Positions 24,397 to 32,000 of a stretch of DNA of 32,000 nucleotides are shown one piece after another (position 1 is the stretch's first letter; each line of letters opens with the position of its first letter). The stretch comes from Nitratidesulfovibrio vulgaris str. Hildenborough (lineage in GTDB: Bacteria; Desulfobacterota; Desulfovibrionia; Desulfovibrionales; Desulfovibrionaceae). The notes beneath the pieces were generated by a model. That model was not told the origin of the DNA and searched no databases. It saw only the letters and a program-made list of their open reading frames with translations. Location: NCBI RefSeq assembly GCF_000195755.1, contig NC_002937.3, positions 300,001 through 332,000 on the forward strand, in the 5' to 3' direction. Made by a program: the position numbers and the translations under genes.

Positions 24397-25536
24397 CTAT
24401 CCCCGCACCGCGTGCAGGGCCGCCTCCACTTCGCGGCGGAATTTCCTCTCGAAGACCGACGTGTCGAACGTTCGTGCATGTCGCCGCAAGCTGTCGGGGA
24501 CGAAGTCCCTCTCCATCCTCTCATGGCGCATGATGGCATCATGGCAGGCTGTTGCGGTCTGTTCATGAAAGAGAACGCCTGTTTCGCCATCAAGCACGGT
24601 CTCCAGCGCGCCGCCCTTGCCGTACGCGATGACGGGACGCCCCGAGGCCATGCATTCCACGGGGACGATACCGAAGTCCTCTTCTCCGGGAAAGAGCAGG
24701 GCGCGGCATCCGGCGTACAGGGCGCGAATCTCATCCTGCGTGCGCCACCCGAGGAAGGTGACACCCTCCGGGGCGTTGCGTTCCAGCATGGCACGCTGTT
24801 CGCCATCACCCACCACCACCAGTCTGCGCCCCGCCTTCCGGCATGCCTCGATGGCGATGTCCACGCGCTTGTACCCCACAAGTTGTCCGAGGCAGAGGTA
24901 GTAGCCGCCTTGTCGGACGATGTCAGCGACTTCGTCATCAGGCAGGTCGGCAACGTCGGGGGCTTGCGTGAACAGGTCGCACTCGACGGGAGGGTGGACA
25001 ACAGTTGCCTCGCGCCGCCAGTGCTTGGTGATGCGACGCGCCACATTGCGGGAATTGGCGACGAATCTGTCCACGCGTTGTGACGAAGCGACGTCCCATT
25101 GGCGCAGATAGTGGAAGAAGATGCGCATGAAGGGCCGCATCAGAGGCGAGGCGTTGTCGAGGTAGTCCTGCTGGAAGTCCCACAGGTAGCGCATGGGGCT
25201 GTGGCAGTAACAGACATGGGCTGTGTCGGCGCGAGTGAGGACCCCCTTGGCGGGGCCGGATTCGCTAGAGATGACGAGGTCGTAATCCCGCAGGTCGAAC
25301 TGTTCGAGGGCAAGCGGCATGAGCGGGAGGTATTTCTGGTAGTGCCGGACACTGCCGGGGAGGCGCTGGATGAACGATGTGCGGATATGGCGTGCCGCCA
25401 ACATGGAGGAAAGTCTCTCCGGTGCGACGACATGCGTGAAGATGTCTGCCTGCGGGTACATGCGGCACAGGGCCTCGATGACCTTTTCGCCGCCGCGCAT
25501 CCCCACCAGCCAGTAGTGGACGATGGCTATGCGCAT
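24397..25536 (-). CDS. Group 1 (GT4) glycosyltransferase
   Basis: MRIAIVHYWLVGMRGGEKV at the N-terminus and a C-terminal EDFGIVPVECMASGRPVIA (E-x7-E type) motif. The alternative start at 25641 would add a 35-aa Pro/Ser/Thr-rich extension. Confidence 0.85.
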   Translation of the reverse strand: MRIAIVHYWLVGMRGGEKVIEALCRMYPQADIFTHVVAPERLSSMLAARHIRTSFIQRLPGSVRHYQKYLPLMPLALEQFDLRDYDLVISSESGPAKGVLTRADTAHVCYCHSPMRYLWDFQQDYLDNASPLMRPFMRIFFHYLRQWDVASSQRVDRFVANSRNVARRITKHWRREATVVHPPVECDLFTQAPDVADLPDDEVADIVRQGGYYLCLGQLVGYKRVDIAIEACRKAGRRLVVVGDGEQRAMLERNAPEGVTFLGWRTQDEIRALYAGCRALLFPGEEDFGIVPVECMASGRPVIAYGKGGALETVLDGETGVLFHEQTATACHDAIMRHERMERDFVPDSLRRHARTFDTSVFERKFRREVEAALHAVRG

Positions 25537-25640
25537 GTTCGTGGGCGGTCTATCCGCCTGTGCAGGCGTCTGTGGCGAGGAGGATGGCGTGGGGCTGTTG
25601 CCGTCCGTGCACGATGGACTGCTGTCTCGTGGCGTCGGCA

Positions 25641-27074
25641 TCAGTAGGCCCCGTCGCGATGCAGTACGACCGGAATCGTCCGCGCGATGATCCAGATGTC
25701 AAACCATACCGACCAGTTGCTGATATAGTACATGTCGCGCTGCACACGTTCAGGGTAGCTCAGGTTGTTACGACCGCTGACCTGCCATAGCCCGGTGATG
25801 CCCGGGCGCACACGCGTGTACGTGGCGAATGCCGCGTCGTACCGCTGCACCTCGGAATCGACGATGGGTCTTGGGCCCACGAGGCTCATGTCGCCGCGCA
25901 GCACGTTCCATAGCTGAGGCAATTCGTCGAGACTCGTCTTGCGCAGGAATGCGCCGACACGGGTCACACGCGGGTCGCAGCGAAGTTTATGGTCGCGCCG
26001 CCATTCCGCGTCCAATTCCGGCGACTGCTCAAGACATTCCGCGAGTCTTGTGTCGGCGTCGTTGTACATGGTGCGAAATTTGAGGATGTCGAAGTGGTAT
26101 CCATCGCGCCCGATGCGTCGTTGCGTGAACAAGGCGGGGCCGGGTGTCTCAAGGCGGATGCACAGCGCGATGACCGCCATGACGGGTAGAATCAGGGGTA
26201 GCGCCAGAGTGGTGGCGATGAGGTCGAGGGTGCGTTTGACCGTGAGTCTTCGCGGGTCGAGCAGATTCTGGCGCACCATGAGGCCAGGCAGGCCTCCGAT
26301 TTCGATGGGGGATAGCCATATGTTGCCGGTGGACATGGTGGAAGAGCGCAGGAGAATCACACTGCAGAAGAGGCGGGAAAGGTGTTCGACAAGGTGTGCC
26401 CGGTCGGCTTCGTCATAACTCTCCATGACGACAATCGCGTAGGCTTCAGGGTGACCTGCGGCGTACTGCCGTGTGGTCTCGGCGTCGAAGGCCGGCAGGC
26501 AGCCGAAATCATGGCATGTGGAATGCTCGGCGGAGACGATGGCGACGGGCTCAAGGCCCAGAGAGGGGGATGAAAGCAGGATATGCGCCAGCGGTTGCAC
26601 ATGGTGGGGCTTGCCGAAGAGAAGCGCCGGGGCCGCCCAGCCCCGGTGGCGGGCCATGCGCTGCCGGACGAGGTGTCGTGCGACGGGCACTGCCACGAGA
26701 CTTACGAGCCCTGCAAGGGCGAAGGTCAGGCGAGAGTACAATTCACCGCCGCGGGTGAAGAAGATGAAGATGGCGATGGCAAGGTAGGTACAGCACGTGG
26801 CGAGTGAAAGGCGTTTGAGTTCGCACGGCGGCGGGAGGGGGACGCTCTGGTAGAGGCCCATGGCGAAGCTGGCTGCGGGGAAGAGCAGCAGAAAGGGTAA
26901 AAGACGAAGGTAGTGCGTGGGGTCGAGGTAGCCGTCGAACGCGTGGCGCAGAAGTCCGACACCGATAGCCGTGCCAAGGATGACTGCCATGTCTGTCAGA
27001 AAGAGCGTCACCGCTACGGTGTGCCGAGACATGACGTGATTCTCGACAAATTTCTTCAGAAACGAAAGCACCAT
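25641..27074 (-). CDS. Polyprenyl-phosphate sugar phosphotransferase (bacterial sugar transferase family, EPS initiation)
   Basis: N-terminal TM helices and a C-terminal catalytic domain with FTQRRIG, KFRTM and LDELPQLWNVLRGDMSLVGPRP. The start is uncertain among ATG 27074 (used here), TTG 27110 and ATG 27032. Confidence 0.85.
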   Translation of the reverse strand: MVLSFLKKFVENHVMSRHTVAVTLFLTDMAVILGTAIGVGLLRHAFDGYLDPTHYLRLLPFLLLFPAASFAMGLYQSVPLPPPCELKRLSLATCCTYLAIAIFIFFTRGGELYSRLTFALAGLVSLVAVPVARHLVRQRMARHRGWAAPALLFGKPHHVQPLAHILLSSPSLGLEPVAIVSAEHSTCHDFGCLPAFDAETTRQYAAGHPEAYAIVVMESYDEADRAHLVEHLSRLFCSVILLRSSTMSTGNIWLSPIEIGGLPGLMVRQNLLDPRRLTVKRTLDLIATTLALPLILPVMAVIALCIRLETPGPALFTQRRIGRDGYHFDILKFRTMYNDADTRLAECLEQSPELDAEWRRDHKLRCDPRVTRVGAFLRKTSLDELPQLWNVLRGDMSLVGPRPIVDSEVQRYDAAFATYTRVRPGITGLWQVSGRNNLSYPERVQRDMYYISNWSVWFDIWIIARTIPVVLHRDGAY

Positions 27075-27253
27075 GCTCAAGTTTGTACATGCGCTGAATG
27101 GATATGACAAGTATCTTGGGTATCTGATATGTCGTAAAATGATGTATAGTTGAGGCCTAACATCCTGAGCATTATATTCTTTGTATTATACTAGGCGTGA
27201 TGAGGGATGTGTTTTTAAAGCAATTGTCAAATACCGTTTGAAATGCCTTCACG

Positions 27254-27280
27254 AAAAAAAGCCCCTATGTGCGGGGCTTT
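27254..27280 (-). terminator. Intrinsic terminator of mutY
   Basis: The minus-strand RNA reads AAAGCCCC-GCACAUA-GGGGCUUU followed by UUUU. It lies about 35 nt after the mutY stop. Confidence 0.75.
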
Positions 27281-27313
27281 ACAGGCGAAATGTCGGGCGT
27301 GAGCGACCGGGGC

Positions 27314-28504
27314 TCACAGCCCTGCGAAGCGCAGGTCCGCGGCAAGCAGGTCCGCCAGCTTGCGATGGCCAGCGGGCAGGGTGAGGGCGTCGATATCTGC
27401 CAATGTGGCCCATCGATGGTCGGTGGCGGCAGTGATGACGGGATGTTCAGGGGGGGCGCTACGGCTGCTGGCGTCGATGTGCAGCAGATAGCAGTGCAGT
27501 ACCACCCTGTAGGTCGTGTAGCCATGCCGGATGACAGCCAGTTTGTCCGTGGGGCGCACGGCGAAGTCCGTCTCTTCGCGGAATTCGCGGATGATGGCCT
27601 CTTCCGGTGTCTCTCCCGGTTCGATGCGCCCGCCGGGGAATTCCCAGAATCCGGCCCAGACTCCGGTGTCGGGGCGACGTTGCACGAAGATGCGGCCTTC
27701 ATGGACGAGTACTCCCGAGACCACATCCAGCGGGACGATGGGCTGTCTGCGGCCCGGCACAGGGCGTTCATGCGGAATGCCAAGATGGAGGCTTTCGCAG
27801 AATCGTGCCACCGGGCAGGCTGTGCAGTCGGGCTTCTTACGGCAGACGAGGGCGCCAAGTTCCATGAGGGCCTGATTGAAGTCGCGGGCGCGGCCCTTGG
27901 GCAGGGTGCGTGCCGTCAGCATGCGGATGCGTGTGGCTGCCGTCTTCTCACGCACCGGGGTGTCGATGTCGAACACCCTTGAAAAGACGCGTTCCACATT
28001 GCCGTCTACGGCGATGACGTCGTGGTTGAAGGCGATGCTGGCGATGGCACCCGCCGTATAGGGGCCGATACCGGGCAGGGCACGGATGGCATCGGGCAGG
28101 TCGGGGAAGATGCCATCGTGCTGTTCCATGATGACACGCGCCGCCGCTTGCAGATTGCGTACACGGCGGTAGTAGCCGAGTCCCTCCCATGCCTTGAGCA
28201 GGTCGGCTTCAGGTGCTGTGGCCACGCTTGCCACGTCGGGAAAGCGTTCCATCCAGCGCAGGTAGTAGTCCACGCCGCGCTCCATCTGCGTCTGCTGGAG
28301 CATGATTTCCGAAATCCATACACCGTAGGGGGTGTAATGCTCACGCCACGGCAGGGGTCTGCGGGCGGCGGCGAACCAGTCGAGAAGGGCCTTGGCGAAG
28401 GCGTCGTATTCGTGCTGCGGGGCGTTGTCGTGCATGGTGCGGGTGTAGCGCAGGGGCGTGCTACCGGCAAGCCCGGCGGGTGTGCTGCGCATAGCATGAA
28501 TCAT
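27314..28504 (-). CDS. mutY: A/G-specific adenine DNA glycosylase with a C-terminal NUDIX-like domain
   Basis: LLDWFAAARRPLPWRE, the HhH region LPGIGPYTAGAIASIAF, the 4Fe-4S loop C-x6-C-x2-C-x5-C (CRKKPDCTACPVARFC) and the NUDIX-like WEFPGGRIEPGET. The start is ambiguous among 28504, 28492 and 28435. Confidence 0.85.
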   Translation of the reverse strand: MIHAMRSTPAGLAGSTPLRYTRTMHDNAPQHEYDAFAKALLDWFAAARRPLPWREHYTPYGVWISEIMLQQTQMERGVDYYLRWMERFPDVASVATAPEADLLKAWEGLGYYRRVRNLQAAARVIMEQHDGIFPDLPDAIRALPGIGPYTAGAIASIAFNHDVIAVDGNVERVFSRVFDIDTPVREKTAATRIRMLTARTLPKGRARDFNQALMELGALVCRKKPDCTACPVARFCESLHLGIPHERPVPGRRQPIVPLDVVSGVLVHEGRIFVQRRPDTGVWAGFWEFPGGRIEPGETPEEAIIREFREETDFAVRPTDKLAVIRHGYTTYRVVLHCYLLHIDASSRSAPPEHPVITAATDHRWATLADIDALTLPAGHRKLADLLAADLRFAGL

Positions 28505-28535
28505 AACGTATAGAAGTCTCGCACGTTACGGTGCT

Positions 28536-28579
28536 CGAATGCAGGAACGGCGAAGGCGTGCATTCGCCTTCGCCGTTCC
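28536..28579. other. Two mutually exclusive stem-loops between the thioredoxin-reductase-like gene and mutY
   Basis: ggaacggcgaaggcg (28544-58) pairs with cgccttcgccgttcc (28565-79), 15 bp perfect. Alternatively cgaatgca (28536-43) pairs with tgcattcg (28559-66). Neither side has a U-tract. Confidence 0.5.
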
Positions 28580-28769
28580 GTCATGGCACGTTCAGGGTGC
28601 GTATGGTCTTGCCGGAGTTTCTTGCAGCAGAACAGCGTGTATGCCGTAGGCGCCTGCATGGCGGCGCACTGCCGCTGCGCAGGGCTGCCTCCACCCCGGT
28701 GAACGAGTCGTCACAGGCAACTCACCTCGTGTGTCGCCGCTATTGGCGTCCGGTGGCCCTGGCGTTCCG

Positions 28770-30509
28770 CTACGCGCTCTTGTCCTTCTTCCAGCGGGGC
28801 TGTTGCAGGTCTTCGAACGCGGACAGGGCCGCCGTGGCACCTGACCCGACTGCCGTGACGATTTGCCGAACGCCGCCGATGACGTCGCCCGCCGCGTACA
28901 CGCGAGGGATGTTGGTGCGCATGTGTCTGTCCACCTTGATGGAACCGTCCGGTTCAAGGTCGACCCCGAGGTCGGCAGCCTGTTCGCTGTTGGGTACATG
29001 GCCGATGGCCACGAACACGCCATCGAACGGCACGTCGCGCGTCTCGCCGGTCTTGGTGTCGCGCAGGCGCACGCCGCGCACTTCGGTGTCGCCCATGACC
29101 TCTTCGACCACGGCGTTCCAGATGACAGGGATGCCCTCACGCGTGAGCGAGTCCTGCAAGGCCTTCTCCGCCCTGAAGGTGTCACGCCTGTGGATGACGG
29201 TGACCTCGACGCCGAGGTTGCGCAGGTGCAGCGCGTCGGTGAGGGCCGTATTGCCTCCGCCCACCACGGCGACCTTGCGCCCGCGGTACACGAAGCCGTC
29301 GCACGAGGCGCAGTAAGAGACGCCCTTGCCGTAGAACCTGTCTTCGCCGGGGACGTCCAGCTTGCGCCATTGCGCCCCGGTGGCGAAGAGTACCGCCCGC
29401 GCGAGGAAGACGTTGCGCGGGGTGTGTACTTCGATGCGCCTTCCCAGCTTGATGTCGTCGACACCCTCGTTCTCGCGGATGGTGGCGTACTGGCGGGCGT
29501 GTGACGAGAGCACCTCGACCAGCTTGATGCCTGCGATGTCGGCGAAGCCAGGGTAGTTCTCCACGACGGGTGTCACGGTGACCTGTCCGCCCACGATGCC
29601 CTTGTCGAGCACCACGGTGGCAAGACCGCTACGTTCGGCGTAGATGGCTGCGGAAAGACCCGCGGGGCCTGCCCCCAGTACGAGGAGGTCTGTCTCCGTC
29701 ACCTCCACGCCTGCGTCCGAACCTGCGCCCTGACCTGTTCCTGCGCCGTGGGCACCGCCCTTGGCGGCATGTTCGTTCAGCCAGCGTTCGGCGTCCTTCA
29801 GGGCCACGAGCTCGACGACGAAGCGTTCTTCGGGCATGAGACCGATGCCCTTGTAGGACTCATCGAACTGGGTATGCGGGACCGACCCGACGCCGTATCG
29901 GGCCGAGAGGTCGGGGAATTCGTCGGCGTTGACGCACTCGGCGGAGACGAGGTCGGGCCGTTCGATGGCGCACTTGATGGCGTTGGCGCACTGGGCAGGG
30001 CAGTATGGGCAGCCGGGCGACGAGAACACGCGTGGCGACCGCGCCCCGTCCAGCTGGGCGAGGATGGTCTTCGCGGCTTGCGACAGGCCAGACGTGCGCG
30101 CCGAGACGAGGAAGATGGCTTCGATGAAGGCCCTTGCCTCTTCGCCCAGCGGTGCCCCGGTGAAGCGGATGCGGTATTCTTCGGGGTTGAACAGCAGCGT
30201 GGGCGAGAGTGTCACCCCGCGCTTGCGCGCCATATCCGAGTCGAGGCCATGGAAGGCAGGCTTGATGCGCGGTGCCAGCAGAGCGAGGTCGGCCACGAAA
30301 CGGCGGGCGTAGTCGTCGAAGAGGTTCTTGGGGTCGCCTCCGGTGTAGACCTCGATGGTCACGTCGCCGGGCAGTCCGGCGAAGACCTTCTGCAACTGGT
30401 CACGCCCTTCTTCGGGGATGAGCCATTCATGGGCTTCTGGAGTGGGCGTTTGCGTCTGCGTATCCGCAGCCTGTGCCGCGGTCTCTTTTTTCTTGAACAA
30501 TCCGCTCAT
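28770..30509 (-). CDS. AhpF-like fusion: N-terminal thioredoxin/glutaredoxin-like folds (CPYC) plus a thioredoxin-disulfide reductase module (CASC)
   Basis: C-terminal 579 codons of track ORF 28770..31433, starting at MSGLFKKKE (ATG at 30509 after AGGAG). It has GCPYCP, a Gly-rich linker, the FAD motif VLGAGPAGLSAA, redox-active CASCDG and the NAD(P)H motif VVGGGNTA. Confidence 0.9.
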   Translation of the reverse strand: MSGLFKKKETAAQAADTQTQTPTPEAHEWLIPEEGRDQLQKVFAGLPGDVTIEVYTGGDPKNLFDDYARRFVADLALLAPRIKPAFHGLDSDMARKRGVTLSPTLLFNPEEYRIRFTGAPLGEEARAFIEAIFLVSARTSGLSQAAKTILAQLDGARSPRVFSSPGCPYCPAQCANAIKCAIERPDLVSAECVNADEFPDLSARYGVGSVPHTQFDESYKGIGLMPEERFVVELVALKDAERWLNEHAAKGGAHGAGTGQGAGSDAGVEVTETDLLVLGAGPAGLSAAIYAERSGLATVVLDKGIVGGQVTVTPVVENYPGFADIAGIKLVEVLSSHARQYATIRENEGVDDIKLGRRIEVHTPRNVFLARAVLFATGAQWRKLDVPGEDRFYGKGVSYCASCDGFVYRGRKVAVVGGGNTALTDALHLRNLGVEVTVIHRRDTFRAEKALQDSLTREGIPVIWNAVVEEVMGDTEVRGVRLRDTKTGETRDVPFDGVFVAIGHVPNSEQAADLGVDLEPDGSIKVDRHMRTNIPRVYAAGDVIGGVRQIVTAVGSGATAALSAFEDLQQPRWKKDKSA

Positions 30510-30770
30510 GGTGAAGACTCCTGTTGAACGGTGAGAGGACATTGCCATGCCCATAGCATGGAGTAAGCATCGCGCACAACGCGTAAAGGGCCTGATGCGC
30601 TTTGTGCTTGCCTTTCGCCTCCGATGTCGGCAAAGCGGGGGTAACGCCGCCACCGTGCCCCGCCCCGTTTGCGGGGCGTATGCCATGAACATGCGGCCCT
30701 TCCGGTGCAGTGGCGCAGGGCGGGGCGCAGGGCCGCGCGGCGCATACACCAGCACCTGAAGGAGCCACGC

Positions 30771-31277
30771 ATGAGCAATCCCATGATCCTTATGGAGACC
30801 TCGTCCGGCGACATCCTCGTCGAACTTTTCGCAGACAAGGCCCCCGCCACGGTCGAGAACTTTCTCGCGTATGTGGATGAAGGGTTCTACAAGAACACGG
30901 TGTTCCACCGCGTCATCAAGGACTTCATGATTCAGGGCGGCGGCTACACCGTGCGCATGGACGAGAAGCCCACCCGTGCACCCGTGCGCAACGAGGCCGA
31001 CAACGGCCTGAAGAACCTGCGCGGCACCCTCGCCATGGCGCGTACCGCCGAACCGCACAGCGCTGCTGCCCAGTTCTTCATCAACACCGTCGACAACGAA
31101 GACCTCGACCACACCGCCCCCACTGACGAAGGCTACGGCTACTGCGTCTTCGGACAGGTGGTGGAGGGCCTTGAGATTGTGGACAAGATTCAGAAGGTGA
31201 AGACCAAGCCGCAGGGCATCCACTCCGACTGTCCGGTGGACATGGTGGTCATCACTGGCATGAGTCGCTTCGACTAG
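30771..31277 (+). CDS. ppiB: Cyclophilin-type peptidyl-prolyl cis-trans isomerase
   Basis: Track ORF 30669..31277 trimmed to the ATG at 30771 after GAAGGAG. Signatures are FHRVIKDFMIQGGG, GTLAMARTAEPHSAAAQFFIN and YCVFGQVVEG. Confidence 0.9.
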   Translation: MSNPMILMETSSGDILVELFADKAPATVENFLAYVDEGFYKNTVFHRVIKDFMIQGGGYTVRMDEKPTRAPVRNEADNGLKNLRGTLAMARTAEPHSAAAQFFINTVDNEDLDHTAPTDEGYGYCVFGQVVEGLEIVDKIQKVKTKPQGIHSDCPVDMVVITGMSRFD

Positions 31278-31308
31278 GACGGCCCTGCCATCTGTGTGAT
31301 CGACATTA

Positions 31309-31330
31309 CGGGACGCCTTCGGGCGTCCCG
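31309..31330 (+). terminator. Stem-loop after ppiB
   Basis: cgggacgcc-ttcg-ggcgtcccg forms a 9-bp stem with a tetraloop, about 30 nt after the stop. The T-tail (ctgtcgttcc) is weak. Confidence 0.5.
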
Positions 31331-31464
31331 CTGTCGTTCCGGGGTGCATGCCGTCGTCAGCCGCGCCCCGCGAACGGCGTGATGGCCCATGCCATGCTTG
31401 CGGCGACGGCCTCGCGCTGCTACTCAATCGCAAGCATCAACCACCCCACCAGCGAGGAGGACCC

Positions 31465-32000
31465 ATGCTCGCGATTCTCGACTACAAGGCGGGCAACCAG
31501 ACCAGTGTCCGCCGGGCACTGGACCATCTGGGCATCCCTTGCGTCATCACCGCCGACCCCGAGGTCATTCAGGGTGCGGCGGGTGTCATCTTCCCCGGCG
31601 TGGGGGCGGCAGGGCAGGCCATGAACGAACTGGTCACCACCGGTCTCGACGAGGTGCTGCGCCGTCAGGTTCAGGCGGGCAGGCCCCTGCTGGGCATATG
31701 TGTCGGCTGCCAGATCATGCTCGACTACAGTCAGGAGAACGACACCAAGGCGCTCGGCATCATCCCCGGCGAATGCAGGCTGTTCAACCCGGCATGGACG
31801 GACGAGGATGGCGCGCCCATCCGCGTGCCGCACATGGGCTGGAACCACATCGTCCAGCGCAGGCCGTGCGAACTGCTGAAGGGCATCGAACCGGAGGCGG
31901 AGTTCTACTTCGTGCATAGCTACTACCCGGCACCGCCCGAAGAGTACGTCATCGCCACCTGCACCTATGGTGCCGAGTTCTGTGCCATCCATGGCGGGCC
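31465..32000 (+). CDS. hisH: Imidazole glycerol phosphate synthase glutamine amidotransferase subunit, 3'-truncated by the window edge
   Basis: Not in the ORF track because there is no stop inside the window. My translation from the ATG at 31465 (after GAGGAGG) gives [23 protein letters not shown]...[12 protein letters not shown]...HMGWNH...FYFVHSY, which are classic HisH blocks including the catalytic Cys. Confidence 0.9.
   Translation, partial: MLAILDYKAGNQTSVRRALDHLGIPCVITADPEVIQGAAGVIFPGVGAAGQAMNELVTTGLDEVLRRQVQAGRPLLGICVGCQIMLDYSQENDTKALGIIPGECRLFNPAWTDEDGAPIRVPHMGWNHIVQRRPCELLKGIEPEAEFYFVHSYYPAPPEEYVIATCTYGAEFCAIHGG

Noticed and set aside
30510-31433. N-terminal 308 codons of the 887-aa track ORF 28770..31433
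   Set aside because: This extension runs antisense through the well-supported ppiB gene. It has Arg/His/Gly-rich shadow composition and precedes a strong AGGAG-ATG at 30509, where the recognisable protein begins.
31420-31992. 190-aa ORF on the minus strand
   Set aside because: It is antisense to hisH, whose + frame has unmistakable family motifs. This is a typical high-GC shadow ORF.

Overview
High-GC (about 63-65%) chromosomal window. Gene content and order match my recollection of the Desulfovibrio (Nitratidesulfovibrio) vulgaris Hildenborough tmc locus, roughly DVU0257-DVU0285, but I cannot verify that here. Left to right: a long non-coding stretch; a GNAT acetyltransferase; then a minus-strand array. 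That array holds the Tmc transmembrane redox complex genes tmcD-C-B-A, followed at gaps of 3-25 nt by an unknown 184-aa protein, a tandem-USP protein and two stand-alone CheY-type receivers, and after a further 260 nt by a REC-PAS-PAS hybrid histidine kinase. A 540-bp AT-rich control region separates tmcD from a divergent Rrf2-family (three-Cys) regulator. Next come a membrane sensor kinase whose periplasmic loop carries CXXCH and CX4CH haem-c motifs, and a translationally coupled REC-kinase with a large insertion in its ATP lid. After these are an outer-membrane porin whose promoter contains a perfect 19-bp Fur-family-like palindrome, a small acidic protein, a polysaccharide deacetylase and a tRNA-Val/Asp/Asp operon. 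The rest is a DUF302 gene, a small Zn-ribbon ORF, an AraC/GyrI-like regulator, a VOC/glyoxalase gene, a SulP permease, two EPS genes (GT4 glycosyltransferase and a polyprenyl-phosphate sugar transferase), mutY, an AhpF-like glutaredoxin-thioredoxin reductase fusion, ppiB and the 5' part of hisH. hisH is absent from the ORF track because it runs off the window. I see no CRISPR array, transposase, integrase, phage gene or recognisable defence system. Most long ORFs in the track that overlap these genes are GC-rich shadow frames. The items most worth a second look are regulatory: the uncharacterised signalling tail of tmc, the haem-c sensor kinase, a His-Cys-x10-Cys-x2-Cys PAS motif shared by two kinases, the ATP-lid insertion, the Fur-like operator, and two sigma-54-like promoters, one of which heads an 800-bp non-coding, CT-rich region. 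All motif and hairpin calls were made by eye and all functional assignments rest on remembered family signatures.
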